A stretch of 63,446 nt of DNA, counting the filler. It is 7 parts of 7 records of this genome, joined end to end, with 100 filler letters (N's around TTAATTAATTAA, not from the genome) between each part and the next. Parts side by side here need not be neighbours in the genome. Positions count along the whole stretch, not along the records: positions 54,484 to 63,446 come from SRR31156797_43003; 6 more parts are not named here. One strand, 5' to 3'. Below are positions 58,666 through 63,446 of the stretch, one piece after another (position 1 is the stretch's first letter; the number at the start of each line of letters is the position of its first letter). The position numbers and the translations under genes were made by a program. Under the pieces are notes generated by a model, which made no database searches, was not told where the DNA came from, and saw nothing but the letters and a program-made list of their open reading frames with translations.

Positions 58666-60747
58666 CTACTTTTCAGGGGGCATGGGGGTCTTGGAAATGG
58701 TTAGTCTCAGCTGACAGCGCAAACACCGTTTGGCTTCTTCCAGGGCCATTGTTTCATCGAAAACGTGTTCCACTTCCTCAAAACCTTTGAGGCATTCCTC
58801 CACCGGCATCATCTCTTCGTGTATCCGCTTATAATGGGCAAAGCCTTCATCTCTACCCAAGCGTTTTGTTTCCGGTTCTTCGGGAATGAACCGCTGCATA
58901 ATGTCGCCCGTGCCGCCTAGGTATTTGTCAATTTCGGAGGCTGCCTCGCGTCCGGCATGAATCGCTTCAATGACCGTTGCCGGCCCACTCATCACGTCAC
59001 CGCCGGTAAACACCCTTTTCCGTTTGTACGCTCTGGATTTATCGGCTTTGATGTACCCTCGCCTGTTCAGCATAATTTCAAAGCCCCTGGGAATGACGGC
59101 TTTTTGTCCGATGGCCATGACAAATCGATCGACTTCTAAAATAAACTCGCTCCCTTCAACGGGAACCGGACGACGACGGCCGCTGGCATCCGGTTTTCCC
59201 AGTTCCATACGGATACACTGGACTTCCAGGCAGTCTTCCCGGGCTGTAACGCCGATGGGTGCCACCAGAAAATCAATGTTAACCCCTTCATTCAAGGCCG
59301 CTTCGATTTCCTCCGGTGAAGCGGGCATCTCTTCCCGGGTCCGTCGATACAGCATGGTCACCCGGTCCGCACCCGTACGCAGACCGCAGCGGGCCACATC
59401 AATGGCCACGTTTCCGCCGCCCACCACGGCGACCCGGCCTTTCAGGTCGGATGTCCCTTCGAGATTAATTTTCCGCAATACCGACAGACCATCCAATACG
59501 CGCGGGTCATCCTCGCCGGGAATCCCCATGGTGGTCCCCTTTGTGGCTCCCATTCCCAGAAAGATGGCGTCAAAACCCTGTTCAAAGAGATCATCAATGG
59601 ATACAATCCGGGTATTGTAAAAAAAATCCACGCCGATATCTTCAATGTCCTTAATTTCCTGATCCAGTACATGGCGTGGCAGGCGGTATTCAGGGATGCC
59701 GATCCGCATGGTTCCGCCACCCTTGTCCAAGGCTTCGAACACCATGACCGCATGGCCCTTTTTCCTGGTGAACCAGGCTGCGGTCAGTCCGGCGGGTCCC
59801 GCGCCCACAACGGCCACTTTTTTACCGGTGTCAGGAAGGATCTCCAGTTTTTCACGCCAACGCCCGGTATCCCGTTCCGCCACGAATTTTTTCAGCGCAC
59901 GGATACTGATGGCTTCATTGACCTCACCCCGCCGACATTCATCTTCGCACGGATGGGGACAGACGCACCCTAAGGTGTGCGGCAACGGGACGGTTTCACG
60001 GATCACCTCAATGGCATCTTGATAACGGCCTTCGGCAATCAAACGGACATAGCGGGCCACGTCGATCCCTGCCGGACAGGTATTGGTGCAGGGAAGAATG
60101 AAGGCCTCACGGGTTTCTTCAGTGAAAGCGTCTTTATCCCGCAGGGCGCCGGAAGGGCAGACTTCGACGCAGGCTTCACAGAATTTACAGCCGGAATCCA
60201 TGATGGGGACATTGGCCTGGGTTCCCACATAGGTTTTGATGCCCCGGTCGATTAATCCGATTGCGCCGATGCCCCGGACTTCCTGACACATGCGGACGCA
60301 ACGTTCGCACAAAATACAGCGCGAAAGATCCCGGATATAAACCGGTTCATCCTGTGGGATCTCCGGTAGCTTTCTGGGCTCTGAAACATGGCCGGGTAAG
60401 GCATCCTTGATCCCCACCCATTCAACCACCTTTTGAAATTGGGAAGATTCAGCCAGTTCTTTGGGATGGTCGCTTAACATGAACCAGATAATATTTTTCC
60501 GAAATTCCTGAAGCTGCGGAGTATTGGTCCGAATCATCATCCCTTCGGATACATAAGTGGTGCAGGCCGGGGGCAATCCCCGCATTCCGTCAATTTCCAC
60601 CAGGCATAAACGACACGCCCCTAAAGGGGGTAAGTCGGGATGATAACATAGATTGGGAATATAGATTCCGGCATCAAAAGCCGCCTCAAGGACGGTTTTT
60701 CCCTCTTCCACCTGTAACTGTCGGTCATCAATCGTTATCTGTATCAT
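58666..60747 (-). CDS. NuoG/HydA-type Fe-S N-terminus fused to a GltD/NfnA-like FAD/NADPH module
   Basis: IPNLC..GACRLC..AC, CILCERCVRMC, CKFCEACVEVCP, PCTNTCP, VCPHPCEDEC, GAGPAG, GGGNVA, YRRT, EAKRCLRC. Confidence 0.9.
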   Translation of the reverse strand: MIQITIDDRQLQVEEGKTVLEAAFDAGIYIPNLCYHPDLPPLGACRLCLVEIDGMRGLPPACTTYVSEGMMIRTNTPQLQEFRKNIIWFMLSDHPKELAESSQFQKVVEWVGIKDALPGHVSEPRKLPEIPQDEPVYIRDLSRCILCERCVRMCQEVRGIGAIGLIDRGIKTYVGTQANVPIMDSGCKFCEACVEVCPSGALRDKDAFTEETREAFILPCTNTCPAGIDVARYVRLIAEGRYQDAIEVIRETVPLPHTLGCVCPHPCEDECRRGEVNEAISIRALKKFVAERDTGRWREKLEILPDTGKKVAVVGAGPAGLTAAWFTRKKGHAVMVFEALDKGGGTMRIGIPEYRLPRHVLDQEIKDIEDIGVDFFYNTRIVSIDDLFEQGFDAIFLGMGATKGTTMGIPGEDDPRVLDGLSVLRKINLEGTSDLKGRVAVVGGGNVAIDVARCGLRTGADRVTMLYRRTREEMPASPEEIEAALNEGVNIDFLVAPIGVTAREDCLEVQCIRMELGKPDASGRRRPVPVEGSEFILEVDRFVMAIGQKAVIPRGFEIMLNRRGYIKADKSRAYKRKRVFTGGDVMSGPATVIEAIHAGREAASEIDKYLGGTGDIMQRFIPEEPETKRLGRDEGFAHYKRIHEEMMPVEECLKGFEEVEHVFDETMALEEAKRCLRCQLRLTISKTPMPPEK

Positions 60748-62531
60748 TGTATTGCCTCAAAGTTACATGCATCAATGCAGCTTTTACATTTTATGCATTG
60801 GGTCTTCTCAAGGATTGGATATTGCTTCTTTTCCCATGCAATCGCTTCCACCGGACAGGCTTTAAAACAGAGCCCGCATTTGGTGCAGTTTTCTTCGACG
60901 AACTCAAATTTCACCAGTGCCGTACACACATGTGACGGACATATGCGATCATGAATATGCGCCTCATATTCTTCCGGAAAATAACGCAACGTGGTTAAGA
61001 CGGGATTGGGTGCGGTGTTGCCGAGCCCGCACAACGCCGTATTTTTGATGGTGTTTCCCATCTCTTTGAGAAATGTCAAATGCTCCTCTTTGCCGCGTCC
61101 GGCGGTGATTTCATCTAAGACTTCCAGGGTACGTTTCAAACCGATGCGGCAGGGGACGCATTTTCCGCACGATTCCGCCACCGTGAAGTCCAGGAAGAAT
61201 CGGGCCACGTCCACCATGCAGGTGCGTGTGTCCATGACGACCATCCCACCGGACCCCATAATGGCGCCGGTCTCATTGATGGATTCATAATCAATGGGCG
61301 TATCCAACAACCTTTCCGGCAAACAGCCGCCGGAAGGGCCGCCAAGCTGGATCCCTTTGAACTTGGCTTTTTTCTTGAGCATGCCGCCGCCCGGCCCGAA
61401 GACCAGATCCCGAATGGTCATGCCCATGGGGACTTCCACCAGGCCCGTATTTTTGATTTTCCCGGCAAGGGCAAATACTTTTGTTCCTTTACTTTTCTCG
61501 GTGCCGATGGAAGCAAACCATTGTGCGCCTTTTTCAAAAATATGCCGGATATTGGCCAGGGTTTCCACGTTGTTGATGGTGGTGGGTTTTCCCCACAACC
61601 CCTTCTGAGCCGGAAAGGGCGGCCGCGACTTGGGCATCCCCCGTTTCCCTTCGATTGAAGCGAGCAAAGCGGTTTCTTCTCCGCAGACAAAGGCACCCGC
61701 CCCCTGTTTGATGGTCAGATGAAACGAATGACCGCTTCCCAAAATATTTTTTCCCAGATAGCCGCGCTCTTCCGCCTGGGCAATGGCTCTGGTCAAGCGT
61801 TTGATGGCAACGGGATATTCAGCCCGGCAATAGACATACCCTTCCGTTGCGCCGATGGCATATCCGGCGATAATCATCCCTTCGACCACGGCATGGGGGT
61901 CCCCCTCCAAGACGCTGCGATCCATGAATGCACCGGGATCCCCTTCATCGGCATTGCAGACAATATACTTTTGGTCGCCTTGTGCCTGCCTGCAGAAATC
62001 CCACTTCATCCCGGTGGGGAATCCGGCCCCGCCGCGTCCCCGCAGTCCGGAAATTTTCATCTGTTCAATGACCTCTTCAGAGGTCGTTTTGAGCACTTTT
62101 TCCAGTGCCTTGTAGCCCTTGTGCGCCAGATAATCGTCAATACTCATGGGATCGATTTCGCCGCAATTGGCCAGGACGATACGGGTTTGATCGGCAAAAA
62201 ATTGCCGGTAATCTTCCCCCGCCAGGAGTTTTTTGACCGGTTCCCCTTTCACCAGGTGCTCTTCCACAATTACGGGCACATCTTCAGGCTTGACATATTC
62301 GTAGGTGATTCTTTCGGCATCCGGACTGACAATGTCCACAAGCACATCCCTGAACAGGCCCCGGTCTCCGGTCATAACCACATCATAGCGATCCCCTAAA
62401 TTGTGCTGTTTCAGCCCTTCTTTAAAGAGCTCTCCCACTTTTCTCGCTCCGGCGGAAATTCCACTGGTTCCATTGCATATGAGTATTCTATTTTTCATGA
62501 TCCCGCATTCTCCGATCGATACTTTTCCCAT
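60744..62531 (-). CDS. NuoF/HydB-like NADH-binding flavoprotein
   Basis: SGLRGRGGAGFPTG, NADEGDPGAFMDR, GAFVCGEET, ESCGKCVPCR, LCGLG, C-terminal 2x[4Fe-4S]; start may be 62498. Confidence 0.95.
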   Translation of the reverse strand: MGKVSIGECGIMKNRILICNGTSGISAGARKVGELFKEGLKQHNLGDRYDVVMTGDRGLFRDVLVDIVSPDAERITYEYVKPEDVPVIVEEHLVKGEPVKKLLAGEDYRQFFADQTRIVLANCGEIDPMSIDDYLAHKGYKALEKVLKTTSEEVIEQMKISGLRGRGGAGFPTGMKWDFCRQAQGDQKYIVCNADEGDPGAFMDRSVLEGDPHAVVEGMIIAGYAIGATEGYVYCRAEYPVAIKRLTRAIAQAEERGYLGKNILGSGHSFHLTIKQGAGAFVCGEETALLASIEGKRGMPKSRPPFPAQKGLWGKPTTINNVETLANIRHIFEKGAQWFASIGTEKSKGTKVFALAGKIKNTGLVEVPMGMTIRDLVFGPGGGMLKKKAKFKGIQLGGPSGGCLPERLLDTPIDYESINETGAIMGSGGMVVMDTRTCMVDVARFFLDFTVAESCGKCVPCRIGLKRTLEVLDEITAGRGKEEHLTFLKEMGNTIKNTALCGLGNTAPNPVLTTLRYFPEEYEAHIHDRICPSHVCTALVKFEFVEENCTKCGLCFKACPVEAIAWEKKQYPILEKTQCIKCKSCIDACNFEAIQ

Positions 62532-62977
62532 GTTTCTTCGACATTCTGAATGGTACAGCGCCCATAAAAGTCTTCATCGATCATGATCGCCGGCGCCATC
62601 CCGCAGCACCCGAGACATGCCACACGTTCCACTGTGAACAGGCCGTCTTCCGTTGTTGCGCCTTCTTCAACTTCCAGCTTATCCAGGAGATAGTCAAACA
62701 AGCCTTTGGCGCCCATTACATGGCAGGCGGTTCCCTGACACACCCTGATGGTGTGTTTCCCGCGCGGGGTCAAATAGAATTGGGTATAAAAGGTCAAGAC
62801 GCCGTAAATTTCCACGGGAAAAATGGAAAGCTCCCGGGCTACCAACTGCACGGCGTCGTCGGGAACATAGCCGTAAGCGGCTTGAATATCCTGCAAGAGC
62901 GGAATTAGCGCGCCTTTTTTCTGGCTGTATTTTTCAATGAGCGTTTTGGTGGGTGACAGATCTACATTCATGAGCAA
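62495..62977 (-). CDS. NuoE/HydC-like 2Fe-2S subunit
   Basis: CQGTAC, ACLGCCGMAP. Confidence 0.95.
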   Translation of the reverse strand: MLMNVDLSPTKTLIEKYSQKKGALIPLLQDIQAAYGYVPDDAVQLVARELSIFPVEIYGVLTFYTQFYLTPRGKHTIRVCQGTACHVMGAKGLFDYLLDKLEVEEGATTEDGLFTVERVACLGCCGMAPAIMIDEDFYGRCTIQNVEETWEKYRSENAGS

Positions 62978-63123
62978 ATCCTCTTTGGTTGGGGCATTAA
63001 GGCCATGTAGTCATTAATAATGTGTTCTTCAGAGAAATGGAAATTCTTGAAAATTTATGATAACATGTTCAATAATTAATTTTTTGTCAAGAAATATTTC
63101 TTTTACATCAAGGGGATGTTCGG

Positions 63124-63446
63124 GTGGATAAATTTGAGAGCATAACGAATCACAATTACCGGTCTTTTCTTCAAAATGTGACGGAGTATGTTGTCGCCAT
63201 CAATAGGAATTTTGAGATTATCATGGCCAATGATCTGTTCAAGGAACGGTTTGGCGGAAATCCGAAGGGGTTTTGTTTTCAAGCCTGGAAGAAAAGGGAT
63301 TTCAAATGCGAGGATTGTATCGTTGAACGATCATTTCAGGACGGAAAAAGCCATCAACGCGAAGAAACGGTTGTGATGAAGGATGGACGAAAAACGCAGA
63401 TGCTGCTCCGGACCACGCCGGTGAAGGACGCTCGTGACAGAATTAC
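63124..63446 (+). CDS. PAS-domain sensor protein N-terminus (3'-truncated, absent from the ORF track)
   Basis: GTG 63124 open to window end: ..EYVVAINRNFEIIMAN..GFCFQAWKKRDFKCEDCIV..TPVKDARDRI. Confidence 0.75.
   Translation, partial: MDKFESITNHNYRSFLQNVTEYVVAINRNFEIIMANDLFKERFGGNPKGFCFQAWKKRDFKCEDCIVERSFQDGKSHQREETVVMKDGRKTQMLLRTTPVKDARDRI

Noticed and set aside
58666-62977. Treating the NuoEFG-like genes as BamGHI partners of the cluster at 687-7188
   Set aside because: They are on a different contig with no evidence of the same genome, and the GltD fusion differs from BamI.

Overview
This window is not one locus. It is seven unrelated contigs joined by 100-nt N/TTAATTAATTAA spacers, so no gene linkage should be inferred across the spacers. 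(1) 1-9044, Desulfobacterota-like: SDR, BamD-like, BamE/HdrA-like, a tungsten AOR-family enzyme, a BamC-like Fe-S protein and a phenylphosphate-synthase-alpha-like PEP-utiliser. (2) 9145-16773, Bacteroidota-like and AT-rich: thioredoxin-apbE-DUF4266-DUF3570 cluster plus two DUF1254/1214 proteins. (3) 16874-26194: histidine kinase/diguanylate cyclase operon converging on exopolysaccharide genes, including a REC-sugar-transferase fusion. (4) 26295-33904, Desulfovibrionaceae-like: amino-acid ABC genes, tRNA-Arg(ACG), echABC'. (5) 34005-39418: atpG'DC, HTH-PTS IIA, MarR/FMN reductase/DODA. (6) 39519-54383: a large corrinoid methyltransferase island with a Liv-type ABC importer and GntR, ending in an IS91-type transposase fragment. 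(7) 54484-63446: HD, DUF89, a CDF-NifX remnant, an unannotated UxxC selenoprotein with a SECIS hairpin, and a Stn-like NuoE/NuoF/NuoG-GltD complex. The strongest candidates for novelty are the hidden selenoprotein (56699-56965) and the BamCDE module built around a canonical-type AOR rather than BamB. Family assignments come from recalled motifs; no searches were run.
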